Source: a virus (lineage: Duplodnaviria > Caudoviricetes). Taken from it: DNA of 56,001 nucleotides. The notes below the pieces were generated by a model. That model did no database searches. It had not been told where the DNA came from and saw only the letters and a list, made by a program, of their open reading frames with translations. Location: positions 1-56,001 of the IMG/VR virus record IMGVR_UViG_3300032282_003292, one strand, 5' to 3'. Every line of letters starts with the position of its first letter. Position 1 is the first letter of the stretch. Shown here piece by piece: positions 18,901 through 27,572 of this stretch. The position numbers and the translations under genes were made by a program.

Positions 18901-21900
18901 GGGATCTACAGGTAAAGTACTACTTACTCTAAATATTGAGGTATCATTAAGAGAAGCACTATTTCCACCAACAACTAAAGCATTATCTAAGTTGGTAGTT
19001 GTTTTTTGTTGCACTCCACCAGAAACAATAATGTTAGTGGTTTTTCCACTAATAATTGTATTACCAACTACATCTAAATTAGCTCTAGGAGCAGTTGTAT
19101 CTTCAATAAAGGCTGTTTTATATCCATCATCAGTAGCTCTAGCAAGAGTATTAATACCTAATTTATAATCTCCAAATATTTCTGTGCTGGTTCTTATTGA
19201 TTCTGATCCAATTATTCCAACTTCTTTCCAACTAGATCTGGATACTTCCATTTTATATGCAGATAACCAATTATATAATTGACCACTAGCAGGAACTGTT
19301 GGTATTGAAATTTTAAAGAATCCAAAATTTGAATTATAATCAGTTTGAAGAACAGTCCATGTTCCATTTAATGGAGCATGAGGAGTAAATCCAGAAATTC
19401 TAACTTGAGATCCAGGAGATATAAATTTATCAACATTTTTAATCCCAGTTACAAATGTTATTGTAACATAAATTCCATCACTGCTAACATTTTGAATGTC
19501 GCCATCAGCAATTTCTGTATAATAATTCGCATATATCCATCCTAAAGGACCAGAAAGACTAACTTCTTTACCTTTTAATAAAACATCTCCTGGTATTGGT
19601 TTGTAAAAATTACTGTATTGAATTATTTGATTTGCACTAAACTTACCAGTTTGATCTGGAGAAATATTAGTTGGTCCTTGAGATGATATAAAATGTGTTC
19701 TGAATGTATAAGGTTGTCCATTAACTTGAGATTGTTGCCTTGGGGAAATTGAGAAAATTGCAGCATTAACTCTATTTTTACTTAAAGTAATATCACCATC
19801 TTGATTATTTGGGTAATTAGTTCTTGATAATGATTGATCGTCATCAGAATTAACTGCACTATAAATCCTTAAAGGAACTCCTTCATTTGGTTCTACATTT
19901 ATTTCTACTGGATTATTGAATGTTGCATTTCCCTCTACAGTAATTCTATCATTAAAAGTTACTGGATCTGGGAAAGTAGTTACAATTCCACCAAGAGAAC
20001 CTTTATCTTCATCTATTGATTGCACCACACCAGCTTGTTCTAGGTATGTTTCTTCGCCAGTAATAGCGTTGATTTTACGGTTACCAATGTATAGGTCACC
20101 GTTAGAGTTTAGACCAGTATAGAATACTACCCCGCCATCTTCTTTTTTAGATTGTGCATAGAAATTTTGAGCATCCGCTAAAACAACATCTTGGCGTAAT
20201 GGGAAGCCAGTTGAATAGTTACCAGGACCAAAACCAAGATATTCGAATGTGTGATTACCAGAACGAGCAATAGATGGTCTGCGAAGTTCTACATATAATC
20301 TCTTTTCTGTTGGATAATCTGAATTTCCAGAAATAGGAATTCTTCTATTTTCAGCCCCCGAAGTAGCATTCCCAACTTGAGCTTCGATGATTGTAGATCC
20401 AGATGATGGATTTATAGTAGCAGTTACTAAATCTTCAGATTTAGTAAAAGTATTTCTATTTAATGGTGGTTGTGTTATTAATTCATATACAACTTCTTTA
20501 GTTTCACTTCTTTTAGAATCATCTGTATATACTAAACCATGTATATAATTATCAGCTACAGAAACAGTATTAGGAACATCATTATAACTAGATTTTATTT
20601 GTTTGAACCATACAGGATCATTTTTATAGTCTATTGGATATAATTGAGAAATTGGTTGTGAGAATTTATAATTTCTAAAATTAGTTCCAACTCCAGTTCC
20701 AGTTGGATATGGAGAAATATTTCCTTTAACACAAGTTAAATAATAAATTCCATCTTGCTGACCAGATATTCTTCTTTGAATTTGTTCAATATCAAAAATA
20801 TAAAAAGTATCTTCAATATCTCCAAGATCAGTAACACTTGTTATTTTATAAGAATTAGCTCCTATTGTTACAGTATCTCCTGGAACAACAGTATATACAT
20901 TAGCTCCATCAATTCTATAGAGAAAATCTTTTCTATTAGATTTATCTCTACCTAAAGAATCTCCAATACTATTTGGTTTTGTTAATAATGTTGCAGTTAC
21001 ACTTCCCTGGGTAAAAGTTGTGGTAATTGAAGAATCGTATTTAATTCCATCTCTAGAAACATTTTTAAGTAGTAAATAATAATTGGATCCATCAACAAAA
21101 TATCCTTGGACATTACCAGTTCCATTTGTCGTACCAGACCAAGTAATTGCATTAGATGAATCTGATAGATCTTTATTTGAAACAAATGTTCCATCTCCTC
21201 CAGAAGGAGCACTTATTTTTACGGCTACAAAATTTTCTCCTCTAATTCCATCCAAATTAATGTTGTGATCAAATACAGTTAATTCTAATCTGTTGGCTTG
21301 AGAAACAGAAACTATTCTTGCTGATTGAATGGAAAATGAAATTCCACTAGCAGTTTGAGAACTATTAATGATTGCAGGATTTAAATAAGGATCATAATTT
21401 GAAGTTACTCCATATGTTTGATTCAAAACAGTAGAAGTATATCCCAACCTTTCTTCTGGTTGTGCTGGATTCTCTATTTGAGCAACTGCAGGAGCATTTC
21501 CGATTGGTGTTAGTACAAATCTTTGAGGAACTAATCTTCTTTTTTCATCTGTTCTTAATTTAATAGTAAATCCATTCAGTGGATCACGAACTGTTTCCAA
21601 ATACTTAGGTATTACATAACGCAATCTATAGACCCTATCCCCATCAGATCTATCATCATTAACTCTATTAAACCAAGTATCTAAAGTTCTAATTTTATTA
21701 GCACTTGGTCCATAAGCATTGACATCATGAAATCTTGTTAAAATACTATTGGATCTTGGGCTACCGCCAGAAGATTCATCAGTAACTTGTAAATACCACA
21801 AGCCAGTGGTGTTTGTATTATCTCTATACGATGGATCAAATCTTAATGGACTTAATCTTTTATTTGCATAAACGTAAAAATTACCACCGCCATTAAAAGT

Positions 21901-24900
21901 TAATGCATTTCCAGAAATTGCATCAGCATAAGTATTATGCACTGTGAATTGATTAGGAGCTACATATTTAACATAATAAAATCTATTTGTTTGTATAACA
22001 CCAGTTCCAGTTATTGATGGTAAAGTAGATCCTTGTATGTCAGAAGCTACACTGAAAAATACTCTTTGAGGAGTAATAGAAGCATTAGGAACATCAAAAA
22101 TATGATTAGTATCAGTAGTAATTATTTGCGAAGCTCCGCCAACAAAATTACACGTATACTTATGTAAATCATAAACTTCATCTAAAATATATTGATGAAC
22201 TTCTATTTCCACATTAGTGTCAATTGCATCAGTTTCTGAAGAATATATGTATATTCCAGCAGTTGCATTTTCTTTAGTTGCTGCCAAAAGTAATTTTGTT
22301 TGTGCTGTCCCATTGAAAGACGAAGTTCCAGAAAAATCATATGGTTGAGTAGTTCTTCCAGGAGCAATAACATAATATGTTTGATTTGGTTCAAATCCTT
22401 TTGGCAATCTAATTAATTTTTTGTTTGGATTTGTGCCAGATTTTGCTCTAGGTACAAGTCTTACTGGTGTTCCAGTTTCAAATTGATGTGGATCTGTATT
22501 TCCATTTCCCGTATTAATTGTAAATAAAGTAGCTCTCTTATATTGAGAATTTAATCCACCTGGATCTAATGTAGATAAAGAAGCTTTATATACAGTAAAA
22601 CCTGTTGGTGTTAGAGTAGAATAACATGTACCTGTATCTAATTTAACATATATTTTTTCTTGATTTCTAGCACCCAATCTATAACCAGTTACACTTGCAG
22701 CTGGTTTAATGTTAGGATCATTTGCAGTATCTACACCAAGATAAAGTTTTGTGTGATTACTTTCACCTCTAGATGCAGGAATATTTAAAGTATAATATTG
22801 TATTTTAGTTTGATTTGTTTCCTTGACGACTTTAGGTGGAATAATATCCGTTATGTATCCACCCTTATCTTGATTAAATGCAAACCCCTTAAATCCTTTT
22901 GCGTGTAAAGAAGTATTACCAAAGTTAGAGTTTGAGTTGGTGATAGACATATCACCTCCACTTTCCATCAAGAAGTGATCATGAAAACCAACAGCAAAAA
23001 CAGAAACGCACTGAATAAATGAGTCATCAGAAGCGCGAATGTGGAAGTTTCTCCAATCATCTTTCCAATAAGAATCGCCTTTGGTGTGATAAGGTACTGA
23101 AGCAAATGCACTAGTTAAAGGTGCTTGATTCCAAGTATTAGTAAATTCATCGTAGCGAATAAAAGCACGATCATCTTTTTGAAGTGAAACACCAGTATAC
23201 TGAGCAACAACCATTGATTTGAATCCAGTTGCTTTGGATCCATCCGCCCACATACCACAAATACCCCACGTAGAACGAATAGAGCAGTTGAATACATATG
23301 GAGAGGCAGATTCTACAGAGTCAATTTCTGCTTGAGATACTGCATTAGAATTCAATCCATTTGTAATATAATATGTTGTATTATTAACAAGAGCATTATT
23401 GCCCATTTCACTTATAGTAGCATCTACTTCATATTCAAATATTCTTGGATTTTGTGCATCCAAAGCAGTTACTTTAAATGTTCCATTTAAAGTATCACTC
23501 AATCCAGTATTTAAAATAGCAATATATTGATCAATAAAGTAACCATGATCAATTTTTGTGGTTACAATTGCTCTAGTTTTACCAGATACCTCAATTAATT
23601 TTATACTTTCAATTCTTCTAGTATCGGAAAGTGGACCCACAATTCTATTTTCTTGTACGAGAGATTCAAATTCCCCATCATCAATTTCTGGCTGGAATCT
23701 AGAAAAAGCTCTACCAACTTTTTCATAATAATTATCAAGCTCTTCTGTATCCGCATATTCCATAATACAAATTTTATGGTGCGAATATTCAGGAATTGCT
23801 TTTTGAATACTATTATTATATTGATAATATACTTTACCTACTCTAGCTACTTCATCATATAAAGGAGAATTTGCGGACAAATCTCCATCTTTAATAGTAA
23901 ATTGCCATAAATAACAACCACCAGTTAAATTGAATACAGAAGTTCTTGGTTGAGTTGAATCTGCTGGATCTGGTACATATAATGGACGCACAACAGTTCT
24001 GCGAAGATCATATCCAATTAAAGAACATCCTCTAGGTACAATAGCGCCACCAGTGGAAGCATTAAATTTATATAAAACGTTATTGGGATTCGAAAGATCA
24101 AGGATTGAATTATCAGTCCATTCTTCCAATGCTTTGTTATAATTAAATATAGGAACATCACCAGTAACAGTAATTGCATTGAAATATGAAACTACATCGT
24201 TTGCCGTAGTTTTTGTCAATGCAGTTGTTACAATAGCAATTAATGTGGTGATTGTATTTTGTACATCAACACAAGATAAAGAATTTCCTGATGGAGATAC
24301 TGGTTGAATTGGTCCAGTGCCACCATATTCCGAAGGACCTGCTTGTAAAGTCAAATCTTTAGAATATAATTGATTAGTAACCGCTTTTTTCATCATATCT
24401 CTAGCGGCATTAAATGCAAATGTCGCTTGAGTTACTTCACCAATCAACCCATTGGTCAATGGTAAATTATTTGAACCAAAATAAGCTCTGGCAGCTTGAA
24501 CTGAGTTGCTATTTCCACCAGATTTTAGATCAGAAATTACAGCATCAACAATATAACCAATATCTCTCTTACAAATAGATTCTCCATCTCCTAAAGGAGG
24601 AGCAGACTCTTCTACAATTCCAGAAAGATTGCCAGTAGTAAGAGTAGTTGTTACAATAGTGGTTAAATTGTCAATAAAAGTTCTTACATTAGCACAAGAA
24701 TTAACACTAATATTAGATCCAGTAGCACTATCAGCGGTTATTGATGTATCTTTATAAGTAAGCTGATTAGTTACAGCTTTTCTCATTTCATTTCTAGCTG
24801 TTTCAAAAGCAGCATTTGATTGACTTACTTCACCTTCTAATGAAGCATCTATCCAATCATCGCCAGTAGAATTGAAATAATTTCTTAAAAATTTAACTGT

Positions 24901-25518
24901 ATATGTGTTTCCACCGCCAAGAAGTACATCAAGAGAAACTGCATCTATAAAATATCCAATATCTCTTTTGCATTTAGTTTCTAAATTTGCTGGTGCTGGA
25001 GATGGAGGATTAGCAGATACGGTAGCATATGCAGTGTTTATAATATCTGCTCTATTTTTTTGAATTAAACGATATGAATCAAAATATCTAGATTTGTCAG
25101 TAGTTACTCCATCACCAGGGGGTATCCAATTATTACCCCACGTAGATTCGTTATATTCAATGGCAATTTGACCATAGGCACGATCAACAATTTCTTGATA
25201 ATTAGCTTCAATTAAATTAGACGCATCATAATAACGCTGAATTGGATTAACAATATTTACAGATCCTGGTCTATTATCAATATAATGATTACCAGGCATC
25301 AACATGATGCTGAATTGATCAAATCTATCGTTGCCCTTTCCTGGCAAATATGAATATCTTGCTACTTCAATAAAAGCTCTTTGAATAGTTTTAAAAGGTC
25401 TTAAGGGAGAATTTCCCCTATTATCAAGTTCATCTGTAGCGTTAAAATCATCTGGTGATACATATAGATATTTTCCAGTTTTACTTGAATAGAGATTATC
25501 AAGTCTTGTAAGAGACAT
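15964..25518 (-). CDS. giant virion structural/tail fibre protein (3184 aa)
   Basis: Conserved cyanomyovirus N-terminus (LYV.PDDFNATD...GNS..RPFKTIQRA..E.AR.SY), KCKRDIGY repeats, C-terminal LP..P..GD.IRFVD...GWWL motif; TATAAATA late promoter upstream. Confidence 0.85.
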   Translation of the reverse strand: MSLTRLDNLYSSKTGKYLYVSPDDFNATDELDNRGNSPLRPFKTIQRAFIEVARYSYLPGKGNDRFDQFSIMLMPGNHYIDNRPGSVNIVNPIQRYYDASNLIEANYQEIVDRAYGQIAIEYNESTWGNNWIPPGDGVTTDKSRYFDSYRLIQKNRADIINTAYATVSANPPSPAPANLETKCKRDIGYFIDAVSLDVLLGGGNTYTVKFLRNYFNSTGDDWIDASLEGEVSQSNAAFETARNEMRKAVTNQLTYKDTSITADSATGSNISVNSCANVRTFIDNLTTIVTTTLTTGNLSGIVEESAPPLGDGESICKRDIGYIVDAVISDLKSGGNSNSVQAARAYFGSNNLPLTNGLIGEVTQATFAFNAARDMMKKAVTNQLYSKDLTLQAGPSEYGGTGPIQPVSPSGNSLSCVDVQNTITTLIAIVTTALTKTTANDVVSYFNAITVTGDVPIFNYNKALEEWTDNSILDLSNPNNVLYKFNASTGGAIVPRGCSLIGYDLRRTVVRPLYVPDPADSTQPRTSVFNLTGGCYLWQFTIKDGDLSANSPLYDEVARVGKVYYQYNNSIQKAIPEYSHHKICIMEYADTEELDNYYEKVGRAFSRFQPEIDDGEFESLVQENRIVGPLSDTRRIESIKLIEVSGKTRAIVTTKIDHGYFIDQYIAILNTGLSDTLNGTFKVTALDAQNPRIFEYEVDATISEMGNNALVNNTTYYITNGLNSNAVSQAEIDSVESASPYVFNCSIRSTWGICGMWADGSKATGFKSMVVAQYTGVSLQKDDRAFIRYDEFTNTWNQAPLTSAFASVPYHTKGDSYWKDDWRNFHIRASDDSFIQCVSVFAVGFHDHFLMESGGDMSITNSNSNFGNTSLHAKGFKGFAFNQDKGGYITDIIPPKVVKETNQTKIQYYTLNIPASRGESNHTKLYLGVDTANDPNIKPAASVTGYRLGARNQEKIYVKLDTGTCYSTLTPTGFTVYKASLSTLDPGGLNSQYKRATLFTINTGNGNTDPHQFETGTPVRLVPRAKSGTNPNKKLIRLPKGFEPNQTYYVIAPGRTTQPYDFSGTSSFNGTAQTKLLLAATKENATAGIYIYSSETDAIDTNVEIEVHQYILDEVYDLHKYTCNFVGGASQIITTDTNHIFDVPNASITPQRVFFSVASDIQGSTLPSITGTGVIQTNRFYYVKYVAPNQFTVHNTYADAISGNALTFNGGGNFYVYANKRLSPLRFDPSYRDNTNTTGLWYLQVTDESSGGSPRSNSILTRFHDVNAYGPSANKIRTLDTWFNRVNDDRSDGDRVYRLRYVIPKYLETVRDPLNGFTIKLRTDEKRRLVPQRFVLTPIGNAPAVAQIENPAQPEERLGYTSTVLNQTYGVTSNYDPYLNPAIINSSQTASGISFSIQSARIVSVSQANRLELTVFDHNINLDGIRGENFVAVKISAPSGGDGTFVSNKDLSDSSNAITWSGTTNGTGNVQGYFVDGSNYYLLLKNVSRDGIKYDSSITTTFTQGSVTATLLTKPNSIGDSLGRDKSNRKDFLYRIDGANVYTVVPGDTVTIGANSYKITSVTDLGDIEDTFYIFDIEQIQRRISGQQDGIYYLTCVKGNISPYPTGTGVGTNFRNYKFSQPISQLYPIDYKNDPVWFKQIKSSYNDVPNTVSVADNYIHGLVYTDDSKRSETKEVVYELITQPPLNRNTFTKSEDLVTATINPSSGSTIIEAQVGNATSGAENRRIPISGNSDYPTEKRLYVELRRPSIARSGNHTFEYLGFGPGNYSTGFPLRQDVVLADAQNFYAQSKKEDGGVVFYTGLNSNGDLYIGNRKINAITGEETYLEQAGVVQSIDEDKGSLGGIVTTFPDPVTFNDRITVEGNATFNNPVEINVEPNEGVPLRIYSAVNSDDDQSLSRTNYPNNQDGDITLSKNRVNAAIFSISPRQQSQVNGQPYTFRTHFISSQGPTNISPDQTGKFSANQIIQYSNFYKPIPGDVLLKGKEVSLSGPLGWIYANYYTEIADGDIQNVSSDGIYVTITFVTGIKNVDKFISPGSQVRISGFTPHAPLNGTWTVLQTDYNSNFGFFKISIPTVPASGQLYNWLSAYKMEVSRSSWKEVGIIGSESIRTSTEIFGDYKLGINTLARATDDGYKTAFIEDTTAPRANLDVVGNTIISGKTTNIIVSGGVQQKTTTNLDNALVVGGNSASLNDTSIFRVSSTLPVDPYTGTLGRVSINASVEDLALDAAFSGKSNLFVRGNSFFGGPLKVIGDLTVSSKIDTTSASIVAFDTPTSITFAKNASTLQLANTTTQAQLINIGNSALSQSIVSGSNATYSILKIHENSQNSTVRIGTVPNDNNSYLSSVIVGGAFSNSNSLFNIKNRLLRVDGDIEVGSGFVSGSTGKITSFNRYFEFLSNSSSPSYVTIARGASTLSLGADSGQTSINNSLGVKGSAKIEGNIILNGGLGTGALNVKRGQFNTPVSSHLAGDADNLNIDVYRTVSIGNAVDTQGTGNWQSTNIYLPLDIVPFASDITLGSYILIDRSSTDASQSEIVRVIELTNLFNINDAEGIRIKVERGAEGTTVRTHPDKTPIKRLDKSANVSYITSPMGSNTAGAVSVLKTAEFGGSLNSGDFIRIDGTEIVKIESINQALSEIQSLNINDGGGNSAVTLFNVESTTGNTLVKGKIDSYNSVILHGSEVENSKYLKINNGQITVTQAVTNTVTGGTFTSAQITNGTTYTTGLTTNPQLSWSFGTLPTGYTIASYTICLENLSVSGTSGKPNILWMITEIPNTVTSFNANSTTVPFGSVIQRNYIGLPGTSGVNSIGYTSPQPPSTFIHNYRLSISAVLQGSGNIQTNNILTKILDFKYGSGTEVPAGGSNFVANSTIITNSYNTDTSTTTFSVDSATGKTNIYGNLNVGKNSSYNKLTVNSEFGHVTMNGGDLTIKDSSGSSNRLYLQNGTGNLTIYGNFLSTATEGTNRFNSSLLVNGGNLRVNRGDPWVAGAAAATGSYIRTDENTYKVIIGGNLGTSPPTRTSDDLFDNGTTRLQYYNHYSINPSGSIDFAGIAGYNTPSGGRRWDYINTLSGDGGTLKSNINYFVNPISTLYVKLPTNPINGDMIRFVDLSGNLKYDVKLIIRASTGVAIQADSSNTSAPNSINLALHNGGELIVNTPNAALGLIYAGANAEGQTIVPSEKIGWWLMEI

Positions 25519-25554
25519 AATTACTCAAACCTATGGTGTGCTTCTTCTTCAATA

Positions 25555-25562
25555 TATTTATA
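25555..25562 (-). promoter_or_regulatory. T4-type late promoter TATAAATA
   Basis: Exact T4 late consensus 37 bp upstream of the giant structural gene. Confidence 0.8.
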
Positions 25563-25566
25563 CAAC

Positions 25567-25592
25567 AAATCCTCCCCTGAAAGGAGGATTTG
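25567..25592 (-). terminator. hairpin terminating the tRNA transcript (CAAATCCTCC/GGAGGATTTG)
   Basis: 10-bp inverted repeat followed by UUUGUUGU on - strand. Confidence 0.55.
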
Positions 25593-25631
25593 AGGCACAC
25601 GGAAGGGGTTGATTCTTGGCAGTATCGCCAA

Positions 25632-25713
25632 TGGGCAGGGAGGGATTTGAACCCCCGTAGGCAGAGCCAAACGGTTTACAGCCGTTCTCCATTAACCACT
25701 CGGACACCTACCC
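25632..25713 (-). tRNA. tRNA-Tyr(GTA)
   Basis: Cloverleaf, loop CTGTAAA, long variable arm, GTTCAAATC. Confidence 0.95.
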
Positions 25714-25723
25714 AAGTTAACTC

Positions 25724-26506
25724 TTAAGAGAAAATAATTTTTTGAAGTGAAGTAACAATATAAACAATACCAATAAAACAAACCGAAAAACCAAAAATAA
25801 TTTTCAGCAATCTGTCAGGAAGATATGGCGATAATAATGCACCAATTTGAGCGCCAATCAATGTACCACTTACACTAAAAATTAAAATATCAAAATTGAT
25901 ATTACCTAATTTTAAATTTATCAAAGTAATTAACCAATCACCAAGAGCTTCAATTACAATAGCAGAAGCATTTGCTCGTTTAGTTTCAAGATTACCTTGT
26001 TGCTCAAACAATGGTTGATGTATTTCTGCAATACCAGTGCCAGTGCAAGCAGATCCTATTCCCGCAAAAAATTGTTTAATTCGACTTGGAATTGTCGAAA
26101 GTGCTTTAAGATCTGCCAAATAAGAATTGCCAAAATGATTAAAATATGCAAGATAAAGTTGATATGATGCAATTGAAAAAATTACAAGACCAACCGTAAG
26201 ACGCAAATATTGTTTAGGCAAATGCAAAAATATAAAAATACCAGAAATAACGCCAGCTAGAACAAAAGGTATTACTTTTTTAACTGCAGAAATATCAATT
26301 TTATTCATAAAATAATAACGTACCGCACCACTGGTCATCCCAATAGTTTCAGTTGCAATTCCTGTTGCAATTGATTGTGCAATAGGAACTTTTAAAACAA
26401 AATTAAAAAATGGTTGAAATAAAACACCACCAGAAAATCCAGAAGCATTTGCAAGAATAGCAACAATAATTGCTACGGGAAATACATACCAATATTCAAA
26501 TGTCAT
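25724..26506 (-). CDS. TSUP (TauE/SafE, DUF81) family permease
   Basis: About 8 TM helices, G.SGG.L..P in repeat 1 and GTG repeat 2, G..IGAQIGA terminus. Confidence 0.85.
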   Translation of the reverse strand: MTFEYWYVFPVAIIVAILANASGFSGGVLFQPFFNFVLKVPIAQSIATGIATETIGMTSGAVRYYFMNKIDISAVKKVIPFVLAGVISGIFIFLHLPKQYLRLTVGLVIFSIASYQLYLAYFNHFGNSYLADLKALSTIPSRIKQFFAGIGSACTGTGIAEIHQPLFEQQGNLETKRANASAIVIEALGDWLITLINLKLGNINFDILIFSVSGTLIGAQIGALLSPYLPDRLLKIIFGFSVCFIGIVYIVTSLQKIIFS

Positions 26507-26553
26507 ATTTTTTTATATATCAATAAATGAGAATAATTTATCTTTTACTCAAA

Positions 26554-26625
26554 CTGCCCCGACTGGATTCGAACCAGTAACCTTGGAGTTAACAGCTCCC
26601 TGCACTGCCGTTGTGCTACAGGGCA
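26554..26625 (-). tRNA. tRNA-Asn(GTT)
   Basis: Cloverleaf, GGAG-CTGTTAA-CTCC, GTTCGAATC. Confidence 0.95.
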
Positions 26626-26631
26626 ATAAAA

Positions 26632-26793
26632 TCAGTTGTTTAACATGTATTCAACTGTATTTGCTACATCATTCATAGCAGTTCTTAAATCTGGTTGTTG
26701 ACCAGATTCCTGTTTTATGATTGGTCTAGAATCATCAGTCAATGTCCAACGCCATTGTCCCAAAATTTTACAATACCACAATTTAATGTTCAT
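26632..26793 (-). CDS. 53-aa hypothetical protein (MNIKLWYCKILGQWRWTL...), missing from ORF track
   Basis: Read manually; coupled to upstream ORF. Confidence 0.7.
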   Translation of the reverse strand: MNIKLWYCKILGQWRWTLTDDSRPIIKQESGQQPDLRTAMNDVANTVEYMLNN

Positions 26794-26937
26794 TTAAAAT
26801 TTATCTTTTGATTTTATTTTTACCCAATTTAATAAATTATTGTATTCAATTGTATCGCTTTGTTCTCGTTTTGCTTGTATCAAAGCCTCTAATGCTTCAA
26901 TAACCATTTCGTGATCTTTTTTTGAAAGTAAGCTCAT
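26794..26937 (-). CDS. 47-aa hypothetical protein (MSLLSKKDHEMVIEALE...), missing from ORF track
   Basis: Read manually; GAGGG upstream, stop abuts next ATG. Confidence 0.65.
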   Translation of the reverse strand: MSLLSKKDHEMVIEALEALIQAKREQSDTIEYNNLLNWVKIKSKDKF

Positions 26938-27033
26938 TTATTTGCCCTCGACTTTTTTGGCGATTTTTTGGCGGGGATTTTTTTCCCGATTTCATGGATT
27001 TGGTTTTTGAATTTCGGATTTTATAATCCGAAG

Positions 27034-27113
27034 TGCCCAAGAGAGGACTCGAACCCCCACGCCGAAGCACATGATCCTAAGTCATGCGTGTATACCAATT
27101 TCACCACTTGGGC
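27034..27113 (-). tRNA. tRNA-Leu(TAG)
   Basis: Cloverleaf, CATGA-CTTAGGA-TCATG, long variable arm. Confidence 0.95.
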
Positions 27114-27116
27114 AGT

Positions 27117-27250
27117 GACCCCTCTGTTTGAGCATCATTCGGCGTCCCGAGATAGGCTTGAGGGGTGTTCTTAATAAGGCAGGTGCGGTATCCGTCGTGC
27201 GTTTCAGAAGTGTCACCGACTCCCATGCTCCTTTTTCTTTCCTTACCTTA
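27117..27250 (-). ncRNA. two adjacent unassigned structured RNAs in tRNA transcript (27117-27166; 27175-27250)
   Basis: GC-rich, closed by terminal helices ACCCCTC/GAGGGGT and TAAGGTAAGG/CCTGCCTTA. Confidence 0.45.
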
Positions 27251-27254
27251 TTGT

Positions 27255-27328
27255 TACCTCTGTCTAGGAATCGAACCTAGTTTCCAAGTGCATTGTCTGC
27301 CTGTCCTTACCAATAGACTACCAGAGGT
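27255..27328 (-). ncRNA. tRNA-like RNA with abnormal short anticodon arm
   Basis: Acceptor ACCTCTG/CAGAGGT, D arm GTCT-ATTGGTAA-GGAC, T arm CTAGG-TTCGATT-CCTAG; anticodon arm only GCA-GACAA-TGC. Confidence 0.7.
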
Positions 27329-27332
27329 TGTG

Positions 27333-27493
27333 GTAGGAGGGGGGAGCATCACCTTAAGCCCCCCTCTTTACTTCACTTGGACACAGAATACTAAGACCAA
27401 GGAGAGGTTTTGGTTCCTACATTTGGAGGGAAGATTCGGATATTTCCAACCCCCCCCTCCATCAATCTCCTTCTAGGCTATCTGCCTAGCGAG
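27333..27493 (-). ncRNA. unassigned structured RNA (multibranch 27333-27420) plus two hairpins (27424-27461, 27473-27489)
   Basis: GTAGGA/TCCTAC closing helix, internal ACCAA/TTGGT and GAGGGGGG/CCCCCCTC helices. Confidence 0.45.
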
Positions 27494-27499
27494 TATTGA

Positions 27500-27572
27500 A
27501 GCCCTCGACAAGACTTGAACTTGCGACATCAGCTTTACAAAAGCTGCGCTCTACCAGCTGAGCTACAAGGGC
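27500..27572 (-). tRNA. tRNA-Thr(TGT)
   Basis: Cloverleaf, CAGCT-TTTGTAA-AGCTG. Confidence 0.95.

Noticed and set aside
24200-25240. KCKRDIGY helical repeats in the giant protein as a novelty
   Set aside because: Familiar repeat in cyanomyovirus virion proteins; recorded under the feature only.
9438-25518. Diversity-generating retroelement or invertible cassette acting on tail fibres
   Set aside because: No reverse transcriptase or invertase in the window and no near-identical nucleotide template/variable repeats; repeats are diverged protein-level repeats.
27117-27493. Hammerhead or HDV-like (theta) ribozyme in the tRNA island
   Set aside because: Could not find CUGAnGA/GAAA core or a nested double pseudoknot by eye; left as unassigned RNAs pending covariance search.
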